A stretch of DNA of 63,977 bases, the filler included, from Octopus bimaculoides (lineage: Eukaryota), in assembly GCF_001194135.2 (NCBI RefSeq). It is 7 parts of 6 records of this genome, joined end to end, with 100 filler letters (N's around TTAATTAATTAA, not from the genome) between each part and the next. Parts side by side here need not be neighbours in the genome. Positions count along the whole stretch, not along the records: positions 1 to 11,520 come from NC_068981.1; positions 11,621 to 22,116 come from NC_069001.1; 5 more parts are not named here. One strand, 5' to 3'. Position numbers and translations under genes: made by a program. Within the stretch, counting starts at the first letter, position 1; each line of letters starts with the position of its first letter. The notes below the pieces were generated by a model. The model had not been told where the DNA came from, did no database searches, and worked only from the letters and a program-made list of their open reading frames with translations. This document shows positions 1 through 12,290 of the stretch, piece by piece.

Positions 1-599
1 AAATCAGCATCGTCTTAACATTGAACTTCACTTGATGCGCTTTTTGTGCGCTTAGTGACATTGAATGCGTCCATTGACTTGATTGCTGCTTCGATTCCGG
101 GTCGTGACCGTAGCACCACCTTTCGTCACCAGTGATGACCTTTGAATAAAGGTCCGGATCAACTTCCAACTGTTCTTTCAGCTCACGACACGCAATCAGT
201 CGTGACTGCTTTTAATTTTCCTTGACCAAGCGAGGCACAAAGTTTGCTGCAACTCTTTTTATTCGCAATTCTTCATTCAAAATTCGTTAGCAAGGGCTCC
301 AGGACACACCATTCATATCAACAAGTTCGTCACTTGGTTGGCGACGGTTCCCCAAGATTGGTTCATGAATTTTTATGATGTTTTCATTCCTTCGGCAGGT
401 CGACAGTCACACTGAACGAGGTTGGTCTTCAAGCGACGAGTGACCATTCTTAGAGCGTGAAAACCACTCGTTAACTTGTGTTTTGCTCATGGCAGCGGCC
501 TTGTAATCTATTTGAAGAGTGACAACTGTTTCGGCCGCCCTTTTCCCCGGTAGAAAAAGGGAATTTCACGGAAGCACGCCGTTCCTTCGTATCAGCCAT
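1..599 (-). mobile_element. Mariner (DD34D-type) transposase relic, N-terminal half, frameshifted; runs off the window edge
   Basis: ATG at 599 gives MADTKERRASVKF. Further minus-strand pieces read VITGDERWCYGHDPESKQQSSQW and AQKAHQVKFNVKTMLI, matching the mariner first catalytic Asp block. Stops and frameshifts present. Confidence 0.9.
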
Positions 600-736
600 C
601 GCAAAAATCGACGAACAGCGGGAGAAGCACTGCAAAACAAAGACGCAGCATGAGACAGTGCGACCGCAGACGATGACACTGGTCGACAGACTGATGCCTG
701 AGGGTCTCATCAAGTGGCTTCTAGCGGCGGAAGCTT

Positions 737-905
737 GAACTACTACTACTACCAAATCCATTAACAAATCTTTCGTCGGCCCGAGGCTATAGTTAAAGAC
801 ACTTGTCCAAGGTGCCATGCAGTGGTACTGAACCCGGAACCTAGATCTATGTGGTTGGGAAGCAAGCTTAGTACATTAACAAATATCGTCCGACATTCTA
901 ATGAT
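737..905 (-). mobile_element. tRNA-derived SINE family B, head and CORE-like part
   Basis: Reverse complement aagcttgcttcccaaccac...ggttccgggttcagtaccactgcatggcaccttggacaagtgtc matches the copies at 7178 and 48594. Confidence 0.8.
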
Positions 906-921
906 TCAATTAGTATATTGC

Positions 922-924
<3 letters not shown>

Positions 925-988
<64 letters not shown>
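925..988. repeat. (AAT)n microsatellite
   Basis: Pure ATA/AAT run. Confidence 0.97.
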
Positions 989-1419
989 GCTTTGACACAA
1001 AGCCAGATATTGGAGCGATGGGAATGTGGCGTAATATATTCGTGATGTAATCGTCTCGCAGAACCAACTAGACCCATATTTGTTTCATCCACTGTGGAAG
1101 TTATAAAAGGACAAAAATTACCCCCACCGGGAATTTGAACTCAGAACATAAAAAAGACACAACGATTTATTTCGCAATTCATTGGTTTTAGCACTGAATA
1201 AATATATAAATATATAACAAAANNNNNNNNNNTTGTGCTGAAAAGAGAACAGCTCTCTAGAAAATGGATTGCAGCATCAGTTAAGGTCAACTTTATTATT
1301 GCTATAGTGTGTTATGTGTCGGTAGGAACAGCAAGACAATTGATCTCTTGCCAGTAGCTATTTCGGGAACGTGGAACCAGGAAAAACCGTCCTGTTCCTC
1401 TCTCTACTCATAAAATAAC

Positions 1420-1494
1420 ATCATCATAATCATCATCACCACCACCACCACAACCACCACCACCACCACCATCATCATCATCATCCACCACCAC

Positions 1495-1546
<52 letters not shown>

Positions 1547-1607
1547 TTTCTCTCTTTCTTTTTCTCTCTATTTTCTCTCTCTTTCGCCATCCATCCACCT
1601 CTTTTCT

Positions 1608-1650
<43 letters not shown>

Positions 1651-1733
1651 GTGTGTGTGTGTGTGTGTATAAATATATATATATACACACACATATATAT
1701 ATACATATATATGTAAATATATATATGCGTATG

Positions 1734-1772
<39 letters not shown>

Positions 1773-1860
1773 ATGCTGTGTGTGTCTGTATGCACACCCG
1801 CGTGTATGTATGCTTATGTGTGTATGTATATACATGTACATACACACACACACTCATTGT
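1420..1860. repeat. Compound microsatellite: (CAT)n, (CT)n, (CA)n, (TA)n, (TG)n
   Basis: Direct reading. Confidence 0.95.
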
Positions 1861-2079
1861 AATGTGTGTGTCTTTACATCTACAAGTGTACTTACGAATA
1901 CGCGCCCGTTCGTACACATACAGAACAGGCAAACGCGGACGCAAATAGATGTGACGATGATGAAGACCAAGTCGGTGTCGCTAACGAGGATAACGAAGGA
2001 GGAAGAGCAGCACGACGATGATCGGGATGATGGGAGATTATGAGGAATGCGAGAACGATAAAACGATGGTGATGATGCC

Positions 2080-2096
2080 TACGACGACTACGGCTG

Positions 2097-2161
<65 letters not shown>

Positions 2162-2924
2162 NNNNNNNNNNNNNNNNNNNNNNNNNNNNNNNNNNNNNNN
2201 NNNNNNNNNNNNNNNNNNNNNNNNNNNNNNNNNNNNNNNNNNNNNNNNNNNNNNNNNNNNNNNNNNNNNNNNNNNNNNNNNNNNNNNNNNNNNNNNNNNN
2301 NNNNNNNNNNNNNNNNNNNNNNNNNNNNNNNNNNNNNNNNNNNNNNNNNNNNNNNNNNNNNNNNNNNNNNNNNNNNNNNNNNNNNNNNNNNNNNNNNNNN
2401 NNNNNNNNNNNNNNNNNNNNNNNNGTGAGGAGGAGGAGGAGGAGGAGGAGGAGGAGGTGAAGATGGTGATGATGATGATGACGACGACGATGATGATGAT
2501 GATGGTGGTGGTGGTGGTGGTGAGGAGGAGGAGGAGGAGGAGGAGGTGAAGAAGAAGAAGAAGAGGGAGTACGAGGAGGAACACAAGGAGTGCGAGGAGG
2601 AGGACAAGGAGTGCGAGGAATAGAGTAAGAGGAGGGGAAGAGGGAGGGAAGAGGGAGGGACGAGAGGAGTGGGGGTCACGTGTTGATAGGGGCCGATGGT
2701 GACGAATGAGGTGGCAACGGCGGTGTTTGTTGTAGTGACGGTGGTGGTGGTGGTGGTGGTGCTGTTGCTGAAAGGTGTTGCTAATGAAGCAGATATTGAT
2801 GATACGGTTGACGCTGATGCTGTTGTTGCTAATGATGTTGAGAATATTCCAGTTATTGCGGTTTACGATAATGAAGATATTGATAAGGAAGATGATGAAT
2901 GATGACGACGACGATGACGACGAC

Positions 2925-2960
<36 letters not shown>

Positions 2961-3417
2961 CGAACGGTGTTGCTAATGATGCTGATATTGATGATGACGT
3001 TGACGTCGACACTGTCGTTGCTAATCATGATGAGAATATTGCAGTTTTTACAACTAACGATAATGAAGATATTGATAAGTATGGCGACGACGACGATGAC
3101 GATGATGATGATGATGATGATGACGATGATCATGATCACGATCGTGGTGATGATGCTAATGGTGGCGTCCGTCGTAGTGATAATGATGCGGAAGAGGAGG
3201 AAGGAGGGGAAATGTAAAAGGAAGAGGAGAATAAGAGTGGATGTTATGGTGTTGATAGTGGCGGTGGTGGTTCTGCTCTTGAGTGGCTGTTTCTCTAGAA
3301 GGTTGTTATGGTTATCAACCAATTATTCCCGGAGGTATTGTTTGATATATACGTGTGTGAAAAAGAGAAGGGGGGGAGAGAGAGAGACAGAAAGAGAAAG
3401 AGAGAGAGAGAGTGGGA

Positions 3418-3455
<38 letters not shown>

Positions 3456-3512
3456 GTGAGTGAGAAAGAGAGAGAGAGAGTGAGAAAGAGAGAGAGAGAG
3501 TGAGAAAGAGAG
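2080..3512. repeat. Compound (GAT)/(GAG)/(GGT)/(GA) microsatellite field with N gap
   Basis: Direct reading; accounts for the long homopolymeric ORFs in the track. Confidence 0.93.
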
Positions 3513-4052
3513 NNNNNNNNNNNNNNNNNNNNNNNNNNNNNNNNNNNNNNNNNNNNNNNNNNNNNNNNNNNNNNNNNNNNNNNNNNNNNNNNNNNNNNNN
3601 NNNNNNNNNNNNNNNNNNNNNNNNNNNNNNNNNNNNNNNNNNNNNNNNNNNNNNNNNNNNNNNNNNNNNNNNNNNNNNNNNNNNNNNNNNNNNNNNNNNN
3701 NNNNNNNNNNNNNNNNNNNNNNNNNNNNNNNNNNNNNNNNNNNNNNNNNNNNNNNNNNNNNNNNNNNNNNNNNNNNNNNNNNNNNNNNNNNNNNNNNNNN
3801 NNNNNNNNNNNNNNNNNNNNNNNNNNNNNNNNNNNNNNNNNNNNNNNNNNNNNNNNNNNNNNNNNNNNNNNNNNNNNNNNNTGTGTGTGTGTGCGTTTGT
3901 GTGTGTGTGTGCGTTTGTGTGTGTGTGTGCGTTTGTGTGTGTGTACGTGTTAGACGACGCTACATAATCATGAATAATGTCTTTCTTACGCCAAAGTCTG
4001 ATTGTAGCCGACAAAAGTTCATCGACACTAAGTAGACAGACAGACAGACACG

Positions 4053-4084
<32 letters not shown>

Positions 4085-5099
4085 CAAAGCGGCTGTTTCT
4101 CTATTGGCAAGAAATCTTGAAATAAAACTGAAAAATGACATACATATATATACAAAATACAAGCTTCGTGTTCGTGTTTTAGGTGACGCAGTGTCGGCAG
4201 TTCTGGCTTTATTCGTTTGTCAATTACTACCATAGATTTTTGTCCGTTTGTGAAGTGAGAGGTAAATATTCCAAATAATGGTTCTGTGGGCATTGTCTTT
4301 TGTTCTAGTTAATTTCCTCTGCCAACAAAGGACTTTGCTTAGCCTAAAATATCTCTATTTCATCTCACCTCTCCAATTCATCTCAGGAGATGAAAACTTG
4401 CATCCGCGAACCAACAAAGCTTTTACGTAACAGTAATCAGATTAGACTGTGTAACGAAATTTGTGTGTGTGTGTGTGTGTGTGCGTGCGTGCNNNNNNNN
4501 NNNNNNNNNNNNNNNNNNNNNNNNNNNNNNNNNNNNNNNNNNNNNNNNNNNNNNNNNNNNNNNNNNNNNNNNNNNNNNNNNNNNNNNNNNNNNNNNNNNN
4601 NNNNNNNNNNNNNNNNNNNNNNNNNNNNNNNNNNNNNNNNNNNNNNNNNNNNNNNNNNNNNNNNNNNNNNNNNNNNNNNNNNNNNNNNNNNNNNNNNNNN
4701 NNNNNNNNNNNNNNNNNNNNNNNNNNNNNNNNNNNNNNNNNNNNNNNNNNNNNNNNNNNNNNNNNNNNNNNNNNNNNNNNNNNNNNNNNNNNNNNNNNNN
4801 NNNNNNNNNNNNNNNNNNNNNNNNNNNNNNNNNNNNNNNNNNNNNNNNNNNNNNNNNNNNNNNNNNNNNNNNNNNNNNNNNNNNNNNNNNNNNNNNNNNN
4901 NNNNNNNNNNNNNNNNNNNNNNNNNNNNNNNNNNNNNNNNNNNNNNNNNGAAGGCATCATAGCCATGTGTTGAAAGGGATTCTTTGGGGTTTGAATAAAT
5001 GTAACAAAAGCAAACTTAAGCAAAAAGGAAATAACAGTTGCTACCCAAGGACAAAAATCGTGTTGTACAGTGTTATTGAAAGAGTCATGACTGTATGAT

Positions 5100-5560
5100 T
5101 AAAAAACTCGCTTCGCAACCACATGGTTTGGGGTTCAGTCACATTGGGCAACATATTGGGCAGGTGTCTTCCAGGGCCAATCAATAAATTATCAATGAAT
5201 TGGGTGGACAGAAACTGTGTGCAAGCCCGTTGAACACACACACATACATATGGCTTACGGCAATATCACATTGAATACATCGATTCTCGTCCGATCATCG
5301 AAGTTAAGCAACGTCGAGCCTAGTAAGTACTTTGATGACCGCTTGGGAAACCTAGGTGCTATAAGCATCTCACACTTTAAGGCGTTGCTCCAACACAACC
5401 GCAGTCAAATGACTGAAACAAATAAAAGAATAAAAGAATTTGTGTATGTGTGTATCATAAAATCTATCTGCACATTAGCGATCTGTCCGACTAAACCGTT
5501 CAAGACAGTGCCCCAGCATGGCCTCAGTCCAATGACTGAAACGAGTATATAAGAAGATAA
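5100..5560 (+). mobile_element. Degenerate SINE family B head plus two CR1-like tails
   Basis: Head ctcgcttcgcaaccacatggtttggggttcagtc; tails gcagtcaaatgactgaaacaaataaaag (~5400) and cagcatggcctcagtccaatgactgaaac (~5515). Confidence 0.7.
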
Positions 5561-7177
5561 AAGTTTACTACACTAAGCCTTGATGAAAGACTAATGGCTG
5601 AAACGTCTTTGATCAGAAATTTACTTGACATTCACTGACCAATGATTAAACTACTGCTACAACTACAACAATGGCCTCTGCTCATAAAGAGTTGACTGGT
5701 TTTACGCCACATTCGCTCACGTATTTCGGCCCCACTCGTCTCCCTTCCTCGCATCACCCCTGTTATATCCAACCCGCCAGGTCATCGCCCGCACTAATCA
5801 CTACACCTGGTTATCCCAGAACGTTGGTCCTCTAGCAGTCCATCCCTGCCGTGTCTTTCCTGAAATTGTTGATTAACCAAGGTCGAGGATTGTTAATGGG
5901 ATCAACCTCCCCGTCTTCAAGGGCCTACGAAATCTATGAGCATTGCTTTGTTGTCCTTCAGACCCGGCAAATATAATAAAAAAATGATTCCAGATTCATT
6001 TTTCTTTTTTTTAATCTTGTTTTTTGGGGGTTTTTTTTTTGTTTTTTCAATAGTATTTTTAATGCTCGTGTCTCTATTCTGGTGATTAACGTTGCTCTAG
6101 ACTCAGAACAAACTGCTTTATGTCTAAACTCATTCCTAACAGATCAGACCAATGAAATTATAAAAGAATTACCAATCATGCTATCCTGCATTTTTTTTTT
6201 TAAGTCATGGATTATATTGACCAATATATTTTCTTTATTTAAAATAGCAGGCCGCGTGGTTTGAGAAATTACCTCCTATTTGAAATAAACCGAGAGACCT
6301 CCGTTTCTTTGGCTCACGAGATTCTCGTTGATAATCGTTATCTTTCTTCGTAAAAGTTAGCAGCAGTATAGTAGCCACATGATCAAAGGAAGATTCATCT
6401 CTCATATGTTTTGAATTACACAAGCTGGAATTGAGCACTAGCCCTGCAGCAGCTCGCTTTTCGAGGATGAATTAACGATATTACTATGTTCTGTTTAAAT
6501 CAATACGTGATGCTGTAGAAGAGCAAATGATTAGTTCCTCCTAAGTCCAGTCGACGATGATCCGATCTCGATTATTGATTATCGATTGACGAAAATTCAC
6601 TTCGCTTATGTTATTAGCTCTCTCGTGGAAAATTATAAATGTCACACTATCCATATTCCTGTCATCATTGTCATCGTTGTTATGGTCGTTATCATTGTTG
6701 CTGTCGATGCTGCCGTCGCCACCTTTGCCGCGGTCGCTGCAGCCGTTACCTCCGCCGCAGACGTTGCCGCCACAGACGTTACCGCGGCAGCCGTTGTTGC
6801 CGCTGCTGCTACTGTTGTGCTTATCCTTAGGTCACCCTTGATCTAAGAGTACTATGATAAAAAAAAAAAGCTCCAGTAATGACTGTCCTCACAGTTATTT
6901 TTTGCATGCCGCGCGGCTATGTAGAGTTTTCCATCACGAAGGACCATCATTGACTGCTAAAATAAATGTCAGGCATGAACTGGGTTGATTACAAGTCTCT
7001 AATGATCAAGTTACTGCTTTAATGTCATTACGATGATGAAGGCGATAAGGGATTGTTTGCACGATTCGAGTGAAATACATATCACATGGGATTTTTTTCC
7101 CCCTCGAAAACTCTGGTTTTTCGGTTTTCCCGAATTTGTTTGTATTCTTCATCGATATTGTTCATGGCTGTGTGATT

Positions 7178-7562
7178 TAGAAGCTCGCTCTGCAAACATA
7201 TGGTTTCAGGTTCAGTCCCACTGCGTGGCACCCTGGGCGAGTGTCTTCTATTATAGCCCCGGCTCAACCAATGCTTTGTGAGAGATTTTAATAAACGGAA
7301 ACTGTGCGGACGTCCGTCGTATGTATCTATGCATGCTTGTGTGCTCTTGTGTTTGTGCTTGTCTCCTTCGCCGCTTTACGACTGTTGTTGGTTTGTTTTC
7401 GTGCCAACAACTTAGCAGTTCGGCAGCTGAAACCAATAGAATAAGTACCGCACTTGAAAAAATAATCAAATACAAGGCTCGATTTGTTCGGCTATACCCT
7501 CCCAGACGGTGCCCCAGTATAGCCGCAATTCAAAAACTGAAGCAAAAAATAAAAGATAAATG
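7178..7562 (+). mobile_element. Near full-length SINE family B: tRNA-like head, CORE-like domain, TG-rich middle, CR1-like tail
   Basis: ggttcagtcccactgcgtggcaccctgggcgagtgtcttc, then TG-rich linker, then ttagcagttcggcagctgaaaccaatagaataagtacc and ggtgccccagtatagccgc...actgaagcaaaaaataaaag. Confidence 0.8.
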
Positions 7563-8278
7563 CTAGATATATTTACTTAGTCACACATATTCAGATACAC
7601 ATGTAGATAAGCAATCTGCATAGTTTTTATCAACTAAATCTCACAGACAAAACACTGGTCAAATAGAGATCATGGTAGAAGATACCTACCCAGAGTGCTG
7701 CTCAGTGCCATCGAAATCTGAAAAATGTGGTTCAGAAGTGAACTTCTTAACAAAGTTGTGTGTGCGATAACTTGCACTGGTCTGCATCAGCATGAATTAC
7801 GCAATGATGTTCATAACTTTGGCTATTTTGGCTATGTTCGAAGCAATGGAAGGAAAAGAGGAATCAGATATTCGGAATTGAGACTTCATTTGAGAAAACA
7901 AAATGAGAACAATCGTGTGTGGTGGAGGGAGGGGGGTGATGCATCTATGTGTGGGGGTGAGGGTGTATGTATATAATTTAATATGTAATATAATATATAT
8001 ATATATATATTAGGGATAAAAATTCAGATTTACAGGTAAAAACTCAATTAAAATCAATTTATAAAGATTAAAATTAAATTAAGTTTCACAGTATAAAATA
8101 TATATTGTGCTTTCATTTATTAATTTTTCTATATGTGACAGTGGATTTTCATCGATGAGTTCATGAACCTTGGTTCTTTTCCCTAAAACTACACACATAT
8201 ATATATATATATANNNNNNNNNNNNNNNNNNNNNNNNNNNNNNNNNNNNNNNNNNNNNNNNNNNNNNNNNNNNNNNNN

Positions 8279-9010
8279 ATTCACACACTACCGTGTGTGA
8301 ATAATATTCTTAAGGTCAACATTTACTCACTCGCGACCAATTCTAGGCTTTGTCACTAACTCAGTTTTTAACCAAATTTAGATTGATCACATCATAAGCT
8401 ACATTTAGAGCTAAACATTTGAAAATTGGTTCAGTAGAAAAAACGTTTGAGTCAAATATGTGAGAACACAAACGGGAGAATAACTCCTGACTATGAGTCC
8501 AAATGTTTTTTTTTAAATAAATCTATATTTTATTTTAGCTTATATGATAGATCTCGACGACAGGAACCTACCCATGTTAGTTATATATGCAAAAATATTC
8601 AGTAGAAAAAAAGTACTGAGGTAAAAATTGGCGAATGAAGGAGATTAACGCCTGAATTCGACTTTAACACCAAATATCATTTTTCTGTCTAAAGAAAAGT
8701 ATATTTAAATTTAACTTTTCTAATAGATCTCGACTACAGGAATCGCATGATGCTAATTATACATATATATATATATATATTAAATAAAATTCTACTGGGG
8801 GCGAAAACAGTGGTAACGCCTAAAAGCAAATTCAAAATCTAAACATTTTGTTTTTATGTAAAAATTTTGTAAAAATATGATAGAACTCAAGACGAGTGTC
8901 GTGGTGCTAATCTTTTCAAATAATATTCTAAATGAAAAAAGTTATGTAAGCTAAATGTGCCAAAAGTACGTAAAACAATTTTCAAGTAATATTATTGCTT
9001 ACTATAGTAC
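8279..9010 (+). mobile_element. Non-autonomous DNA-transposon-like element starting at TTAA-GG, with internal gatagatctcgac repeats
   Basis: First ~200 bp repeated at 9336-9570 and inverted at 21855-21933. Internal motif (g/a)atagatctcgac at ~8547 and ~8722, with a variant at ~8879. Confidence 0.55.
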
Positions 9011-9016
9011 TAAGAC

Positions 9017-9229
9017 GAGGATCTGGCAGAGTCGTTAACACGCAAGGTGAAAGATACGCGAAATTTCCTCTGTCTCTACATTCTGAGTTCAAATTCCGCC
9101 AAGGTCGTGTTTGCCTTTTATCATTTCGGTACTCGATAACATGAGTATCAGCTGAGCACTGAGATCGATGTCATCGACTTCCCTCCCCTCTGGATTTGAT
9201 GGCCTTCCACCAAAATTGGAAACCAATAT
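9017..9229 (+). mobile_element. tRNA-derived SINE family A, tail type 2
   Basis: ctggcagagtcgttaacacg...ttctgagttcaaattccgcc...gcctttt...tcgataa...gagtatcag...ccaaaattggaaacc. Confidence 0.8.
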
Positions 9230-9335
9230 TGTAAATTTTTTTATTCAATTTCGTATTTAGATATCTTTCAAAGATCTACCTCATATTCATAGGAATACAC
9301 AATATATTGCTATATATTGTATATTCTAATAAATA

Positions 9336-9570
9336 TCATTCACACACAGCAGTGTGTGAATGATATTCTTAAGGTCAACATTTACTCACTCGTGACTACT
9401 TCTAAGCTTTGTCATTAATTCAGTTTTTCACCAAATTTGATAATGTTTATACATTTTTAGATCGGTCATCTCCTAAGCTACATTTTGAGCTACAAAATTT
9501 GAAATTTGGTTCAGTAGAAAAAGTTGAGATTTCAAATATGTGAGGTCAAACACAAGAGAATAACGCCTGA
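9336..9570 (+). mobile_element. Second copy of the 5' end of the 8279 element
   Basis: Shares the hairpin, atattcttaaggtcaacatttactcactcg, aagctacattt.gagct and ggttcagtagaaaaa with 8279-8490. Confidence 0.7.
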
Positions 9571-11564
9571 AATCAACTTCAGGTATATACACGCTACGCT
9601 ACATACATACTTTCGTAAATACACACACACACACACACACACGCACATACACATACACATAAGCAACTTTTAAAACGCCCATGAAGAGAAACAAAGATGA
9701 GAGTGACGAATACGTAGCTTTAAGGAGAGAGGAGGTAAGTTGACAATTGATGGCAAGGGGATCCTTTTCTGCTGTCCATCGTAAATAAACCCTCACACGC
9801 AGACACAGACACATACTTATATATACATACTTATGTACGTACATACGTACGTACATACATACATACATACATACATACATACATACATACATACGTGCAT
9901 ACATACATACATACTTATTGCAGAAAAATGTTACTGAGGCTTAAAGTGTAATCATTTTCATCTAATCAGAAAACAGGATTTAGAAGCCGGCATTTTCTGC
10001 ATGATAGTTCCTTATCACAAAATGAAACTAAAATCATTATACGAGGAGGAATTTTTATTAAACAAACGAATGTAAAGCATTACGACGACCAAAGCTGTTA
10101 GAACTTCTGAAGTTTTAATAAGTTTTTTTGTTTGCTTTTAAACTTTAATTTTATATTAAGAGTAGCAGAATTTAGATTATTATTTCTGAGGGTAAATAAA
10201 CAAGTTTTTTGCTTTCACATAATATGATTGGATTTTCTGAGTAGCAGGATTCATATCTTTCATTTTCATGCAAGTTGACAAGAACAGTAGCTGAATTGCA
10301 AGCTTTATATTTATTTTGCCTGAATTTCAACTAACAAACGAACTTTGCCCTAACAAGAACAGGTGGCTCCTCCTGCCTTACGGTGGATGCATTGACTATG
10401 CATTAAAAAAATTATATTAGCAATGGCTTTACTATTCATATGATCAGATTCTCTTCTTGCTATATAGTTGATATATTCTCAAACCTCTTCTTGCTAGCTC
10501 TTCTTACTATATATAGATATAGCTCATTTATTTCTTGATTTTATAATAAAATTAGTATTACATTAATATTCACTATTATATAGAAAATTATTTTTCATAA
10601 TTAATTTTCGCACTTCCATTTTTGGCGCGTTCGTATTATGCACTTTGTCTCAATATAAAAATTTTATATACCGTGAAGATATAGGATCTAATATTTTTTA
10701 CAATTATAATTACATTTCTCATTATCTTAAAAAATTGTTCATTTTAAAGGAAATAAATATACAGCAGGTTTCATTTAATTAACACAAAACAAGCACTCAT
10801 TTATTTATAATAAATATCGCTTGCATGCTTTAATTTTGATGCTTTTCTTTATTGGTGGAGGGGTTGCATGGAATACAGGGCCCGATAATAATAATGAAGA
10901 AAAAATAAATAATATGGGGCCACTGAATTGAATGATGAAGAAATGAAGAAAAACTAAAACAATTAAAGAAGATAAAGAAGAATAGAAAAATTTCATAATT
11001 TTAATTCCATAAAAAATTCAAAAAAATTGAAAACTAGAAAATTACAGCTTTAAATAAAAGTTTTTAAAAAATATAAACATGACTCGTGAATTTCAAAAGA
11101 AAAATCTTAAAAGAAATTTTTAAAAATACATTCTTTAATAATTTTTTTTTGTATTTTTTCATAGATGAGCTTAAAATCGGTTTATGGAAAGTGGATTATA
11201 TTTTATTTATAGAAATTACAGTTTTAAATTGGTTTATGAAAATTGGATTATAATATGGCATTTTAGTATATATATGAAAACTTCATTTAAAAAAATTTTA
11301 TTCCTCAAAATTTAATGATACAATATTGTTATTGTTTCTTTTTTCAATGAGCAGATCTGAAGGATTCTAGTAATGCTGTTCAGAAAAAGCAAAAGAGCAG
11401 GTGGCTCCACGTGCCTTACGGTGGATGCATTGGCTATTTTTGTATTTTTAAAACCCTTTTTATATTATCCACTGCAACGAAACCCTGTCCAGATAACTTT
11501 TTCTTATTTTTAGAATTTAANNNNNNNNNNNNNNNNNNNNNNNNNNNNNNNNNNNNNNNNNNNN

Positions 11565-11576
11565 TTAATTAATTAA
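11565..11576. other. Assembly gap spacer TTAATTAATTAA (stops in all six frames); also at 22161, 35240, 43168, 57982, 61798
   Basis: Identical 12-mer centred in N runs (44 N + 12 + 44 N = 100 here); not biological. Confidence 0.9.
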
Positions 11577-11627
11577 NNNNNNNNNNNNNNNNNNNNNNNN
11601 NNNNNNNNNNNNNNNNNNNNATATATA

Positions 11628-11905
11628 TATCATCATTGTTTAACGTCTGTTTTCCATGCTGGCATGGGTTGGAAGGTTTGATTGAGGTCTGGAGAGCCAG
11701 TGGCTGCACCAGGCTCCAATCTGATCTGGCAATGTTTCTTCAGCTGGATGCCTTTCCTAATGCCAACCACTCCGAGACTGTAGTGGGTGCTTTTTATGTG
11801 CCACCAGCACAGGAGCCAGTCAGTTGGGCCTGGCATTGATCACGTTTGGATAGTGCTTTTTATGTGCCACCAGAACAGGGATCAGTCAGGGGGTACTGGC
11901 ATCGG
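11628..11905 (-). mobile_element. RTE-type 3' tail fragment (truncated LINE 3' UTR or RTE-tailed SINE) with internal ~66-bp tandem duplication
   Basis: catcattgtttaacgtc...tttccatgctggcatgggttgga is shared with the RTE LINE end at 19378; gtgctttttatgtgccaccag occurs twice. Confidence 0.75.
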
Positions 11906-12290
11906 CCAGTATATGATATATATATACATATATTATGAATTTATCATATATCTGAAAAACAAGTACACTCTAAAGCATAGAGCAGTAATGTATTTATATA
12001 TAGTTAAGTCTATATCCAGTCATAGAGTGACCAATGGTTTCACGTCCACAAAGGACTTAGCCCCATGGACGTCTCATCACACTGTAAAACCAAAGACAAA
12101 TGTAACTATTCACCTCTTAGAGGCAGAAATCCGTTACAGTCATTTGGTTTGTAAGCTACCAAAGAATAAATACTCTGGTGTCAGTAAGGACAGGTTATCT
12201 CCTTTAGAGCTGTTCATCTGGGCCAAAAGAGGGGGTACAAGGGATTTTTTTCCTTGGCTGCTTTTAGAGCATAAGGACCCTTCCAGATCT

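Noticed and set aside
3990-4127. Two minus-strand micro-exons joining as FISRFLANRETAAFVDELLSATIRLW
   Set aside because: The 58-nt intron consists of (GTAT)n/(CTGT)n, which supplies donor and acceptor motifs by chance; the ANRETA similarity to Wnt does not extend.
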